Below, in pieces: positions 26,101 through 40,495 of a stretch of 64,000 nucleotides of DNA; position 1 is the first letter of the stretch, and each line of letters starts with the position of its first letter. Origin of the DNA: the human T2T-CHM13v2.0 reference genome, Homo sapiens; the NCBI RefSeq assembly GCF_009914755.1, contig NC_060948.1. One strand, given 5' to 3'. The notes under the pieces were generated by a model, which ran no database searches, was not told the origin of the DNA, and saw only the letters and a program-made list of their open reading frames with translations. A program made the position numbers and the translations under genes.

Positions 26101-28925
26101 CTCAAAGCACTCAAAATATCCACTTGCAGATTCTACAAAAGGAGTATTTCAAAACTGCTCAATCAAAAGAAAGGTTCAACTCTGTGAGATGAATGGACAC
26201 ATCACAAAGAAGTTTCTCAGAATGCTTCTGTGTAGTATTTTTGTGAAGATATTTCTTTTCCACCATAGACCGCCAGGGGACACAAATATCCACTTTCAGA
26301 TTCTACAACAAGAGAGGTTCAAAACTACTCGATCAAGAGATGGTTTCAACTATGTGAGTTGAATGCACACATCACAAAGAACTATGTCGGAATTCTTCTG
26401 TGTAGTTTTTATGTGAAGATATTTCCTTTTCCACAATAGACGTCAAAGTGATCCAGATATCCACTTGCAGATTCCACAAAAAGAGTGTTTCAAAAGTGCA
26501 CAACCAAAAGAAAGGTTCAACTAGGTGAGATGAATGCACACATCAGAAGGAAGTTTCTCAGAATGCTTCTGCATAGCTTTTAAGGGAAGATACTTCCTTT
26601 TCCAACATAGGCCTCAAAGCACTCCAAATATCCTCCTGGAGATACCACAAAAAGAGTGTTTGCAAACTGCTCAATCAAAAGAAAGATTTAACTCTGTGAG
26701 ATGAATCCACACATGACAAAGAAGTTTCTCAGAATGCTTCTGTGTAGTTTTTATGTGAAGATATTTCCTTTTCCACAATAAGACCCAAAAGGCTCCAAAT
26801 ATTCACTTGCAGATTCTAAAAAAAACAGTGTTTCAAAACTGCTCAATCAAAAGATAGTTCAACTCTGTGAGAAGAATGCTCACATCACTGAGAAGTTTCT
26901 CAGAATGCTTCTGTGTAGTTTTTATATGAAGATATTTCCTTTCCCACCGTAGGCCACAAAAGGCTCCAAATATCCACTTGCAGATACTATGAAAAGAGAG
27001 TTTCAAAACTGCTCATTCAAAAGATAGGTTCAACTCTGTGGTTTGAATGCACACAGCACAAAGAAGTTTCACAGAATGTGTCTGTGTAGTTTTTATGTGC
27101 GGATGTTTCCTTTTCCACCATATGCCTAAATATTTCCCAATTTCCACTTGCAGATTCCACAAGAAGAGTGTTTCAAAACTGCTGTATCAAATAAAGTTGA
27201 ACTCTGTGAGGTGAATGCACACAGCACAAAATGGTTTCTCAGAATGCTTCCTTGTTGTTTTTATATGAAGATGTTTCCTTTTCAACAATAGGCCTCAAAG
27301 TGCTTCAAATGTCCACTTGCAGATTCTACAAAAAGAGTGTTTCAAAACTGCTCAATCAAAAGAAAGGTTCGACTCTGGGAAATTAATGCACACATCACAA
27401 AGAAGTTTCTCAGCTTCTGTGTAGTTTTCATGTGAAGTTATTTCCTTTTCCACAATAGGCCGCAAAGGGCTCCAAATATCAACTTACAGATTCTAGGAAA
27501 AGAGAGTTTCAAAACTGCTCTACGAAAAGATAGGTTGAACTCTGTGAGATGAATGCACACATCACAAAGAAGTTTCTCAGAATGCATCTGTGTAGTTTTT
27601 ACGGGAAGATATTTCCTTTTCCACCATCTTCCACAAAGGTCTCCAAGTAACCACTTGCAGACTCTACAGAAAGACACTTTAAAAACTGCTCTATCAAAAG
27701 ATCAGTTCAAGTCTGTGGTTTGAATGCACACATCACAAAGAATTTTCTCAGAATGCTTCTGTGTAGTTTTCATATGAAGATATTTCCTTTTCCACCATAG
27801 GCCTCAAAGCACTCCAAATATCCACTTGCAGATTCTACAAAAAGAGATTTTCAAAACTAGTCAATCAAAAGAAAGGTTCAACTCTGTCAGTTGAATGCAC
27901 ATATCACAAACAAGTTTCTCGGAATGCGTCTGTGTAGTTTTTATGTGAAGATATTTCCTTCTCCACAACAGGCCTCAAAGTGCTCCGAATATCCACTTGC
28001 AGATTTTACTAAAGAGTGTTTCCAAACTGCTCAATCAAGAGGAAGTTTCAAGTCTGTGAGCTGAACGCACACATCACAAAGTAGTTTCTGAGAATGCTTC
28101 TGTGTAGTTTTTATGTGAAGATGTTTCCTTTTCCACCATAGGCTGCAAAGGGCTCCAAATATCCACTTGCAGATTCTACAAAAAGAGAGTTTCAAAAGTG
28201 CTCTATCAAAAGATAGGTTCAACTATGTGATATGAATGCACACATCACAAAGTAGTTTCTCAGAATGCTTCTGTGTAGTTTTTATGTAAAGATATTTCCT
28301 TTTCCACCATAGGCCTCAAAGCACTCCAAATATCCACTTGCAGATTCTACAAAAAGAGATTTTCAAAACTATTTAATCAAAAGAAAGGTTCAAATCTGTC
28401 AGTTGAAGGTACATATCACAAACAAGTTTATTGGAATGCTTCTGTGTAGTTTTTATGTGAAGATATTTCCTTTTCCACAACAGGCCTCAAGGTGCTCCAA
28501 ATATCCACTTGCAGATTTCACTAAAAGTGTGTTTCCAAGCTGCTCAATCAAGAGGAAGTTTCAAGTCTGTGAGGTGAATGCACACATTACAAAGAAGTTA
28601 CTGAGAATGCTTCTGTGTAGTTTTTATGTGAAGATATTTCCTTTTCCACCGCAGGCCTCAAAGCGCTGCAAATATCCACTTGCAGATTCTACAAAAAGAG
28701 AGTTTCAAAACTGCTGTATCAAAAGATAGGGTCAACTCTGCGAGTTGAATAAACACATCACAAATAAGTTTCTGGGAACGCTTCTGTATAGTTTTATGTG
28801 AATATATTTCCTTTTCCACCATATGCCTCAAAGCACTCCAAATATCCACTTGCACATTATAGAAACATAGTCTTTCAAAACTTGTCAATCAAAGAAAGGT
28901 TCAACTCCGTGAGATGAGTGCACAC
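23141..28925 (-). repeat. HOR copy 5
   Basis: Exact period. C24803 shared with copies 1 and 3; T27610 shared with copies 7-11; private C27662. Confidence 0.97.
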
Positions 28926-31900
28926 ATCACAGAGAAGTTTCTCGGAATGTTTCTGTGTAGTTTTTATGTGAAGATATTGCCTTTTCCACAATAGGCCTCA
29001 AAGCGTTCCAAATATCCAATTGCAGATTCCACAAAAAAAGTTTTTTAAAACTGCTCAATCAAATGATAGATTAAACTCTGTGAGATTAGTGCACACATGT
29101 CAAAAAAGTTTCTCAGAATGCTTCTGTGTACTTTTTAGGGGAAGATATTTCCTTTTCCACCATCGGCCACAAAGGACTCCAAATAACCACATGCAGATTC
29201 TAGTAACACAGAGTTTCAAAACTGCTCTATCAAAAGATAAGTTCAACTCTGAGAGTTTAGTGCAACCATCGTGAAGAAGTTTCTCAGAATGCTTCTGAGT
29301 AGTGTTTATGTGAAGATATTTCCTTTTCCACCATAGGCCTGAAAGCCCTCCAAATATCCACTTGCAGATCCTACAAAAAGAAAGTTTCGAAATGCTCTCT
29401 CAAACGATAGTTTCGACTCTGTGGTATGAATACACACATCACAAAGAAGTTTCTCAGAATGCTTCTGTGTAGTTTTTAAATGAAGATATTTCTTTTTCCA
29501 CCATAGGCCTCAAAGCACTCCAAATATGCACTTCCAGATTCTACAAAAAGAGTGTTTCAGAACTGCTCAATCAAAAGGAAGGTTCCAGTCTGAGACAAAT
29601 ACACACATCAAAAGGTAGTTTCTCAGAATGCTTCTGTGTAGTTTTTATGTGAAGATATTTTCCTTTCCACCATAGGCCACAAATGGCTCTAAATACCCAC
29701 TTACATTTTCCACAAAAAGAGAGTTTCAAAACTGCTCTACCAAAGGTAAGTTTAACGCTGTGAGTTAAGAACATCACAAAGAAGTTTCTCAGAATGCTTC
29801 TGTGTAGTTCTTACGTAAAGATATTTCCTTTTACACAATAGGCAGAAAAGTGCTCCAAATATCCACTTGAAGATTCTACAAAAACCGTGTTTCAAAACTG
29901 CCGAATCAAAAGAAAGGTTCAACTCTGTGAGATGAATGCACACATAACAAAGGAGTTTCTCAGAATGCTTCTGTGTAGCTTTTATATGAAGACATTTAGT
30001 TTTCCACAACAGGCCTCAAAGCTCTCTCCATATCCACTTGCAGATTCTACCGAAAGAGTGCTTCCAAACTGCTCAATCAAAAGAGACATTCAAATCTGTG
30101 AGGTGAATGCAGACATCGTAAAGAAGTTTCTCAGAATGCTTCTGTGTATTTTTTGTGTGAAGTTATTCGTTTTTGCACCATAGGCCTCCAAGCGTTCTAA
30201 ATATCCACTTCTAGATTCTACAAAAAGAGAGTTTCAAAACTACTCAAACAAAAGGTTCAATTCTGTGAGTTGAAAGCAAACATCACAAAGAAGTTTCTCA
30301 GAATGCGTCTGTGTAGTTTTTATGTGAAGATATTTCCTTTTCACAATAGAATGCAAAGGGCTCCAAATATCCACTTGGAGATTCTACAAAAAGAGTTTCA
30401 AAACCGCTCTGTCAAATGATAGGTTGAACTCCCGGAGGTGAATACACACATCACAAAGAGGTTTCTCAGCATGCTTCTGTGTAGTTTTTATGTAAACATA
30501 TTTCCGTTTCTATCATAGGCCTCAAAGTGCTCCAAATATTCACTTGTACATTCTACCAAACGAGTATTTCAAAACTGCTCAATCAAATGGAAGGTTCAAA
30601 ACCGTGACATGAATGCCCACATCACAAAGTAGTTTCTCAGAATGCTTCTGTGTAGTTTTTATGTGAAGATATTTCCTTTTCCACAACAGCGTGCAAAACG
30701 CTTCAAATATGCCCTTAGAGATTCCACAAAAAGAGTGTTTCCAAACTACTCAAATCAAAAAATGATTTCAACTCTGTGAGATGAATGCACACATCACAAA
30801 CTAGTTTCTCAGAATGTTTCTGCCTGGTTCTCATGCGAAGATAGTTCCTTTTTCACCATAGGCCGCAATGTACTCCAAATATCCACCTGCAGATTCTACA
30901 AAAGTGAGTTTCAAAACTGCTCTATCAAAAGATCAGTTCGTCTCTGTGAGTTGAATGCATACATCAAAAAGAAGCTTCTCAAAATGCTTCTGTGTGGTTT
31001 TTCGGTGAAGATAGTTCTTTTTCTACCATAGGTCTCAAACCACTCCAAATATCCACTTGTAGATTCTATAAAAAGGAATGTTCAAAATTGCTCAATAAAA
31101 ATAAAGTTTCAACACCGTGAGATGAGTGCACAAATCACAAAGAAGTTTCTCAAAATGCTTCTGGGTAGTTTTTCTGTGAAGATAGTTCCTTTTCTACCAT
31201 GGGCCACAAAGGGCTCCAAATACCCACTTGCAGATTCTACAAAAAGAGAGTTTCACAACTGCTCTATCAAACAATATGTTCAACTTTGTGGGTTGAACAC
31301 AAATATCACAAGAATTTTCTCCCAATGCTTCTGTGTAGTTTTTATGTGAAGACATTTCTTTTCCCTCCATAGTCCACAAAGTGCTCCAAATATCCACTTA
31401 CATATTCTAGAAAAAGATTGCTTGGAAACTGCACAATGAAAAGAAAGGTTCAAATATATGAGATGAATGCACACATCACAAAGAAGTTTCTCAGAATCTC
31501 TCTGTGTAATTTTTATGTGAAGATATTTCCTTTCCCACCTTAGGTCTTAAAACGCTCCAAATATCCACTTGCAGATACTACAAGAAGATTGTTTCAAAAC
31601 TGCACAAAAAAAGAAATGTTCAATTCTGTTTGATGAATGCACACATCACAAAGAAGTTTCTCAGAATGCTTCTCTGTAGTTTTTATGTGAAGATATTTCC
31701 TTTTCCACAATAGGCCTCAAAGGGCTCCAAATATCCACTTCCAGATTCTATGAAAAGAATATTTCCAAACTGCTCAATCATAGGAAATGTTCAACTCTGT
31801 GAGATGAATGCACACATCACAAGAAATTTCTCAGAATCCTTCAGTGTAGGTTTTATGAGAAGATAATTCCTTTTCCACAATAGTTCTCAAAGCACTCAAA

Positions 31901-34710
31901 ATATCCACTTGCAGATTCTACAAAAGGAGTATTTCAAAACTGCTCAATCAAAAGAAAGGTTCAACTCTGTGGGATGAATGGACACATCACAAAGAAGTTT
32001 CTCAGAATGCTTCTGTGTAGTATTTTTGTGAAGATATTTCTTTTCCACCATAGACCGCCAGGGGACACAAATATCCACTTTCAGATTCTACAACAAGAGA
32101 GGTTCAAAACTACTCGATCAAGAGATGGTTTCAACTATGTGAGTTGAATGCACACATCACAAAGAACTATGTCGGAATTCTTCTGTGTAGTTTTTATGTG
32201 AAGATATTTCCTTTTCCACAATAGACGTCAAAGTGATCCAGATATCCACTTGCAGATTCCACAAAAAGAGTGTTTCAAAAGTGCACAACCAAAAGAAAGG
32301 TTCAACTAGGTGAGATGAATGCACACATCAGAAGGAAGTTTCTCAGAATGCTTCTGCATAGCTTTTAAGGGAAGATACTTCCTTTTCCAACATAGGCCTC
32401 AAAGCACTCCAAATATCCTCCTGGAGATACCACAAAAAGAGTGTTTGCAAACTGCTCAATCAAAAGAAAGATTTAACTCTGTGAGATGAATCCACACATG
32501 ACAAAGAAGTTTCTCAGAATGCTTCTGTGTAGTTTTTATGTGAAGATATTTCCTTTTCCACAATAAGACCCAAAAGGCTCCAAATATTCACTTGCAGATT
32601 CTAAAAAAAACAGTGTTTCAAAACTGCTCAATCAAAAGATAGTTCAACTCTGTGAGAAGAATGCTCACATCACTGAGAAGTTTCTCAGAATGCTTCTGTG
32701 TAGTTTTTATATGAAGATATTTCCTTTCCCACCGTAGGCCACAAAAGGCTCCAAATATCCACTTGCAGATACTATGAAAAGAGAGTTTCAAAACTGCTCA
32801 TTCAAAAGATAGGTTCAACTCTGTGGTTTGAATGCACACAGCACAAAGAAGTTTCACAGAATGTGTCTGTGTAGTTTTTATGTGCGGATGTTTCCTTTTC
32901 CACCATATGCCTAAATATTTCCCAATTTCCACTTGCAGATTCTACAAGAAGAGTGTTTCAAAACTGCTGTATCAAATAAAGTTGAACTCTGTGAGGTGAA
33001 TGCACACAGCACAAAATGGTTTCTCAGAATGCTTCCTTGTTGTTTTTATATGAAGATGTTTCCTTTTCAACAATAGGCCTCAAAGTGCTTCAAATGTCCA
33101 CTTGCAGATTCTACCAAAAGAGTGTTTCAAAACTGCTCAATCAAAAGAAAGGTTCGACTCTGGGAAATTAATGCACACATCACAAAGAAGTTTCTCAGCT
33201 TCTGTGTAGTTTTCATGTGAAGTTATTTCCTTTTCCACAATAGGCCGCAAAGGGCTCCAAATATCAACTTACAGATTCTAGGAAAAGAGAGTTTCAAAAC
33301 TGCTCTACGAAAAGATAGGTTGAACTCTGTGAGATGAATGCACACATCACAAAGAAGTTTCTCAGAATGCATCTGTGTAGTTTTTACGGGAAGACATTTC
33401 CTTTTCCACCATCTTCCACAAAGGTCTCCAAGTAACCACTTGCAGATTCTACAGAAAGACACTTTAAAAACTGCTCTATCAAAAGATCAGTTCAAGTCTG
33501 TGGTTTGAATGCACACATCACAAAGAATTTTCTCAGAATGCTTCTGTGTAGTTTTCATATGAAGATATTTCCTTTTCCACCATAGGCCTCAAAGCACTCC
33601 AAATATCCACTTGCAGATTCTACAAAAAGAGATTTTCAAAACTAGTCAATCAAAAGAAAGGTTCAACTCTGTCAGTTGAATGCACATATCACAAACAAGT
33701 TTCTCGGAATGCGTCTGTGTAGTTTTTATGTGAAGATATTTCCTTCTCCACAACAGGCCTCAAAGTGCTCCGAATATCCACTTGCAGATTTTACTAAAGA
33801 GTGTTTCCAAACTGCTCAATCAAGAGGAAGTTTCAAGTCTGTGAGCTGAACGCACACATCACAAAGTAGTTTCTGAGAATGCTTCTGTGTAGTTTTTATG
33901 TGAAGATGTTTCCTTTTCCACCATAGGCTGCAAAGGGCTCCAAATATCCACTTGCAGATTCTACAAAAAGAGAGTTTCAAAAGTGCTCTATCAAAAGATA
34001 GGTTCAACTATGTGATATGAATGCACACATCACAAAGTAGTTTCTCAGAATGCTTCTGTGTAGTTTTTATGTAAAGATATTTCCTTTTCCACCATAGGCC
34101 TCAAAGCACTCCAAATATCCACTTGCAGATTCTACAAAAAGAGATTTTCAAAACTATTTAATCAAAAGAAAGGTTCAAATCTGTCAGTTGAAGGTACATA
34201 TCACAAACAAGTTTATTGGAATGCTTCTGTGTAGTTTTTATGTGAAGATATTTCCTTTTCCACAACAGGCCTCAAGGTGCTCCAAATATCCACTTGCAGA
34301 TTTCACTAAAAGTGTGTTTCCAAGCTGCTCAATCAAGAGGAAGTTTCAAGTCTGTGAGGTGAATGCACACATTACAAAGAAGTTACTGAGAATGCTTCTG
34401 TGTAGTTTTTATGTGAAGATATTTCCTTTTCCACCGCAGGCCTCAAAGCGCTGCAAATATCCACTTGCAGATTCTACAAAAAGAGAGTTTCAAAACTGCT
34501 GTATCAAAAGATAGGGTCAACTCTGCGAGTTGAATAAACACATCACAAATAAGTTTCTGGGAACGCTTCCGTATAGTTTTATGTGAATATATTTCCTTTT
34601 CCACCATATGCCTCAAAGCACTCCAAATATCCACTTGCACATTATAGAAACATAGTCTTTCAAAACTTGTCAATCAAAGAAAGGTTCAACTCCGTGAGAT
34701 GAGTGCACAC
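28926..34710 (-). repeat. HOR copy 6 (mosaic variant pattern)
   Basis: Exact period. Alleles T30321, A30346, A31143, T32943, C33115; private G31972 and C34570. Confidence 0.97.
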
Positions 34711-37700
34711 ATCACAGAGAAGTTTCTCGGAATGTTTCTGTGTAGTTTTTATGTGAAGATATTGCCTTTTCCACAATAGGCCTCAAAGCGTTCCAAATAT
34801 CCAATTGCAGATTCCACAAAAAAAGTTTTTTAAAACTGCTCAATCAAATGATAGATTAAACTCTGTGAGATTAGTGCACACATGTCAAAAAAGTTTCTCA
34901 GAATGCTTCTGTGTACTTTTTAGGGGAAGATATTTCCTTTTCCACCATCGGCCACAAAGGACTCCAAATAACCACATGCAGATTCTAGTAACACAGAGTT
35001 TCAAAACTGCTCTATCAAAAGATAAGTTCAACTCTGAGAGTTTAGTGCAACCATCGTGAAGAAGTTTCTCAGAATGCTTCTGAGTAGTGTTTATGTGAAG
35101 ATATTTCCTTTTCCACCATAGGCCTGAAAGCCCTCCAAATATCCACTTGCAGATCCTACAAAAAGAAAGTTTCGAAATGCTCTCTCAAACGATAGTTTCG
35201 ACTCTGTGGTATGAATACACACATCACAAAGAAGTTTCTCAGAATGCTTCTGTGTAGTTTTTAAATGAAGATATTTCTTTTTCCACCATAGGCCTCAAAG
35301 CACTCCAAATATGCACTTCCAGATTCTACAAAAAGAGTGTTTCAGAACTGCTCAATCAAAAGGAAGGTTCCAGTCTGAGACAAATACACACATCAAAAGG
35401 TAGTTTCTCAGAATGCTTCTGTGTAGTTTTTATGTGAAGATATTTTCCTTTCCACCATAGGCCACAAATGGCTCTAAATACCCACTTACATTTTCCACAA
35501 AAAGAGAGTTTCAAAACTGCTCTACCAAAGGTAAGTTTAACGCTGTGAGTTAAGAACATCACAAAGAAGTTTCTCAGAATGCTTCTGTGTAGTTCTTACG
35601 TAAAGATATTTCCTTTTACACAATAGGCAGAAAAGTGCTCCAAATATCCACTTGAAGATTCTACAGAAACCGTGTTTCAAAACTGCCGAATCAAAAGAAA
35701 GGTTCAACTCTGTGAGATGAATGCACACATAACAAAGGAGTTTCTCAGAATGCTTCTGTGTAGCTTTTATATGAAGACATTTAGTTTTCCACAACAGGCC
35801 TCAAAGCTCTCTCCATATCCACTTGCAGATTCTACCGAAAGAGTGCTTCCAAACTGCTCAATCAAAAGAGACATTCAAATCTGTGAGGTGAATGCAGACA
35901 TCGTAAAGAAGTTTCTCAGAATGCTTCTGTGTATTTTTTGTGTGAAGTTATTCGTTTTTGCACCATAGGCCTCCAAGCGTTCTAAATATCCACTTCTAGA
36001 TTCTACAAAAAGAGAGTTTCAAAACTACTCAAACAAAAGGTTCAATTCTGTGAGTTGAAAGCAAACATCACAAAGAAGTTTCTCAGAATGCGTCTGTGTA
36101 GTTTTGATGTGAAGATATTTCCTTTTCACAGTAGAATGCAAAGGGCTCCAAATATCCACTTGGAGATTCTACAAAAAGAGTTTCAAAACCGCTCTGTCAA
36201 ATGATAGGTTGAACTCCCGGAGGTGAATACACACATCACAAAGAGGTTTCTCAGCATGCTTCTGTGTAGTTTTTATGTAAACATATTTCCGTTTCTATCA
36301 TAGGCCTCAAAGTGCTCCAAATATTCACTTGTACATTCTACCAAACGAGTATTTCAAAACTGCTCAATCAAATGGAAGGTTCAAAACCGTGACATGAATG
36401 CCCACATCACAAAGTAGTTTCTCAGAATGCTTCTGTGTAGTTTTTATGTGAAGATATTTCCTTTTCCACAACAGCGTGCAAAACGCTTCAAATATGCCCT
36501 TAGAGATTCCACAAAAAGAGTGTTTCCAAACTACTCAAATCAAAAAATGATTTCAACTCTGTGAGATGAATGCACACATCACAAACTAGTTTCTCAGAAT
36601 GTTTCTGCCTGGTTCTCATGCGAAGATAGTTCCTTTTTCACCATAGGCCGCAATGTACTCCAAATATCCACCTGCAGATTCTACAAAAGTGAGTTTCAAA
36701 ACTGCTCTATCAAAAGATCAGTTCGTCTCTGTGAGTTGAATGCATACATCAAAAAGAAGCTTCTCAAAATGCTTCTGTGTGGTTTTTCGGTGAAGATAGT
36801 TCTTTTTCTACCATAGGTCTCAAACCACTCCAAATATCCACTTGTAGATTCTATAAAAAGGAATGTTCAAAATTGCTCAATAAAAATAAAGTTTCAACAC
36901 CGTGAGATGAGTGCACAAATCACAAAGAAGTTTCTCAAAATGCTTCTGGGTAGTTTTTCTGTGAAGATAGTTCCTTTTCTACCATGGGCCACAAAGGGCT
37001 CCAAATACCCACTTGCAGATTCTACAAAAAGAGAGTTTCACAACTGCTCTATCAAACAATATGTTCAACTTTGTGGGTTGAACACAAATATCACAAGAAT
37101 TTTCTCCCAATGCTTCTGTGTAGTTTTTATGTGAAGACATTTCTTTTCCCTCCATAGTCCACAAAGTGCTCCAAATATCCACTTACATATTCTAGAAAAA
37201 GATTGCTTGGAAACTGCACAATGAAAAGAAAGGTTCAAATATATGAGATGAATGCACACATCACAAAGAAGTTTCTCAGAATCTCTCTGTGTAATTTTTA
37301 TGTGAAGATATTTCCTTTCCCACCTTAGGTCTTAAAACGCTCCAAATATCCACTTGCAGATACTACAAGAAGATTGTTTCAAAACTGCACAAAAAAAGAA
37401 ATGTTCAATTCTGTTTGATGAATGCACACATCACAAAGAAGTTTCTCAGAATGCTTCTCTGTAGTTTTTATGTGAAGATATTTCCTTTTCCACAATAGGC
37501 CTCAAAGGGCTCCAAATATCCACTTCCAGATTCTATGAAAAGAATATTTCCAAACTGCTCAATCATAGGAAATGTTCAACTCTGTGAGATGAATGCACAC
37601 ATCACAAGAAATTTCTCAGAATCCTTCAGTGTAGGTTTTATGAGAAGATAATTCCTTTTCCACAATAGTTCTCAAAGCACTCAAAATATCCACTTGCAGA

Positions 37701-40495
37701 TTCTACAAAAGGAGTATTTCAAAACTGCTCAATCAAAAGAAAGGTTCAACTCTGTGAGATGAATGGACACATCACAAAGAAGTTTCTCAGAATGCTTCTG
37801 TGTAGTATTTTTGTGAAGATATTTCTTTTCCACCATAGACCGCCAGGGGACACAAATATCCACTTTCAGATTCTACAACAAGAGAGGTTCAAAACTACTC
37901 GATCAAGAGATGGTTTCAACTATGTGAGTTGAATGCACACATCACAAAGAACTATGTCGGAATTCTTCTGTGTAGTTTTTATGTGAAGATATTTCCTTTT
38001 CCACAATAGACGTCAAAGTGATCCAGATATCCACTTGCAGATTCCACAAAAAGAGTGTTTCAAAAGTGCACAACCAAAAGAAAGGTTCAACTAGGTGAGA
38101 TGAATGCACACATCAGAAGGAAGTTTCTCAGAATGCTTCTGCATAGCTTTTAAGGGAAGATACTTCCTTTTCCAACATAGGCCTCAAAGCACTCCAAATA
38201 TCCTCCTGGAGATACCACAAAAAGAGTGTTTGCAAACTGCTCAATCAAAAGAAAGATTTAACTCTGTGAGATGAATCCACACATGACAAAGAAGTTTCTC
38301 AGAATGCTTCTGTGTAGTTTTTATGTGAAGATATTTCCTTTTCCACAATAAGACCCAAAAGGCTCCAAATATTCACTTGCAGATTCTAAAAAAAACAGTG
38401 TTTCAAAACTGCTCAATCAAAAGATAGTTCAACTCTGTGAGAAGAATGCTCACATCACTGAGAAGTTTCTCAGAATGCTTCTGTGTAGTTTTTATATGAA
38501 GATATTTCCTTTCCCACCGTAGGCCACAAAAGGCTTCAAATATCCACTTGCAGATACTATGAAAAGAGAGTTTCAAAACTGCTCATTCAAAAGATAGGTT
38601 CAACTCTGTGGTTTGAATGCACACAGCACAAAGAAGTTTCACAGAATGTGTCTGTGTAGTTTTTATGTGCGGATGTTTCCTTTTCCACCATATGCCTAAA
38701 TATTTCCCAATTTCCACTTGCAGATTCCACAAGAAGAGTGTTTCAAAACTGCTGTATCAAATAAAGTTGAACTCTGTGAGGTGAATGCACACAGCACAAA
38801 ATGGTTTCTCAGAATGCTTCCTTGTTGTTTTTATATGAAGATGTTTCCTTTTCAACAATAGGCCTCAAAGTGCTTCAAATGTCCACTTGCAGATTCTACA
38901 AAAAGAGTGTTTCAAAACTGCTCAATCAAAAGAAAGGTTCGACTCTGGGAAATTAATGCACACATCACAAAGAAGTTTCTCAGCTTCTGTGTAGTTTTCA
39001 TGTGAAGTTATTTCCTTTTCCACAATAGGCCGCAAAGGCCTCCAAATATCAACTTACAGATTCTAGGAAAAGAGAGTTTCAAAACTGCTCTACGAAAAGA
39101 TAGGTTGAACTCTGTGAGATGAATGCACACATCACAAAGAAGTTTCTCAGAATGCATCTGTGTAGTTTTTACGGGAAGATATTTCCTTTTCCACCATCTT
39201 CCACAAAGGTCTCCAAGTAACCACTTGCAGATTCTACAGAAAGACACTTTAAAAACTGCTCTATCAAAAGATCAGTTCAAGTCTGTGGTTTGAATGCACA
39301 CATCACAAAGAATTTTCTCAGAATGCTTCTGTGTAGTTTTCATATGAAGATATTTCCTTTTCCACCATAGGCCTCAAAGCACTCCAAATATCCACTTGCA
39401 GATTCTACAAAAAGAGATTTTCAAAACTAGTCAATCAAAAGAAAGGTTCAACTCTGTCAGTTGAATGCACATATCACAAACAAGTTTCTCGGAATGCGTC
39501 TGTGTAGTTTTTATGTGAAGATATTTCCTTCTCCACAACAGGCCTCAAAGTGCTCCGAATATCCACTTGCAGATTTTACTAAAGAGTGTTTCCAAACTGC
39601 TCAATCAAGAGGAAGTTTCAAGTCTGTGAGCTGAACGCACACATCACAAAGTAGTTTCTGAGAATGCTTCTGTGTAGTTTTTATGTGAAGATGTTTCCTT
39701 TTCCACCATAGGCTGCAAAGGGCTCCAAATATCCACTTGCAGATTCTACAAAAAGAGAGTTTCAAAAGTGCTCTATCAAAAGATAGGTTCAACTATGTGA
39801 TATGAATGCACACATCACAAAGTAGTTTCTCAGAATGCTTCTGTGTAGTTTTTATGTAAAGATATTTCCTTTTCCACCATAGGCCTCAAAGCACTCCAAA
39901 TATCCACTTGCAGATTCTACAAAAAGAGATTTTCAAAACTATTTAATCAAAAGAAAGGTTCAAATCTGTCAGTTGAAGGTACATATCACAAACAAGTTTA
40001 TTGGAATGCTTCTGTGTAGTTTTTATGTGAAGATATTTCCTTTTCCACAACAGGCCTCCAGGTGCTCCAAATATCCACTTGCAGATTTCACTAAAAGTGT
40101 GTTTCCAAGCTGCTCAATCAAGAGGAAGTTTCAAGTCTGTGAGGTGAATGCACACATTACAAAGAAGTTACTGAGAATGCTTCTGTGTAGTTTTTATGTG
40201 AAGATATTTCCTTTTCCACCGCAGGCCTCAAAGCGCTGCAAATATCCACTTGCAGATTCTACAAAAAGAGAGTTTCAAAACTGCTGTATCAAAAGATAGG
40301 GTCAACTCTGCGAGTTGAATAAACACATCACAAATAAGTTTCTGGGAACGCTTCTGTATAGTTTTATGTGAATATATTTCCTTTTCCACCATATGCCTCA
40401 AAGCACTCCAAATATCCACTTGCACATTATAGAAACATAGTCTTTCAAAACTTGTCAATCAAAGAAAGGTTCAACTCCGTGAGATGAGTGCACAC
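34711..40495 (-). repeat. HOR copy 7
   Basis: Exact period. First copy with T38536; also T39180 and C40059; private G35666 and C39039. Confidence 0.97.
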
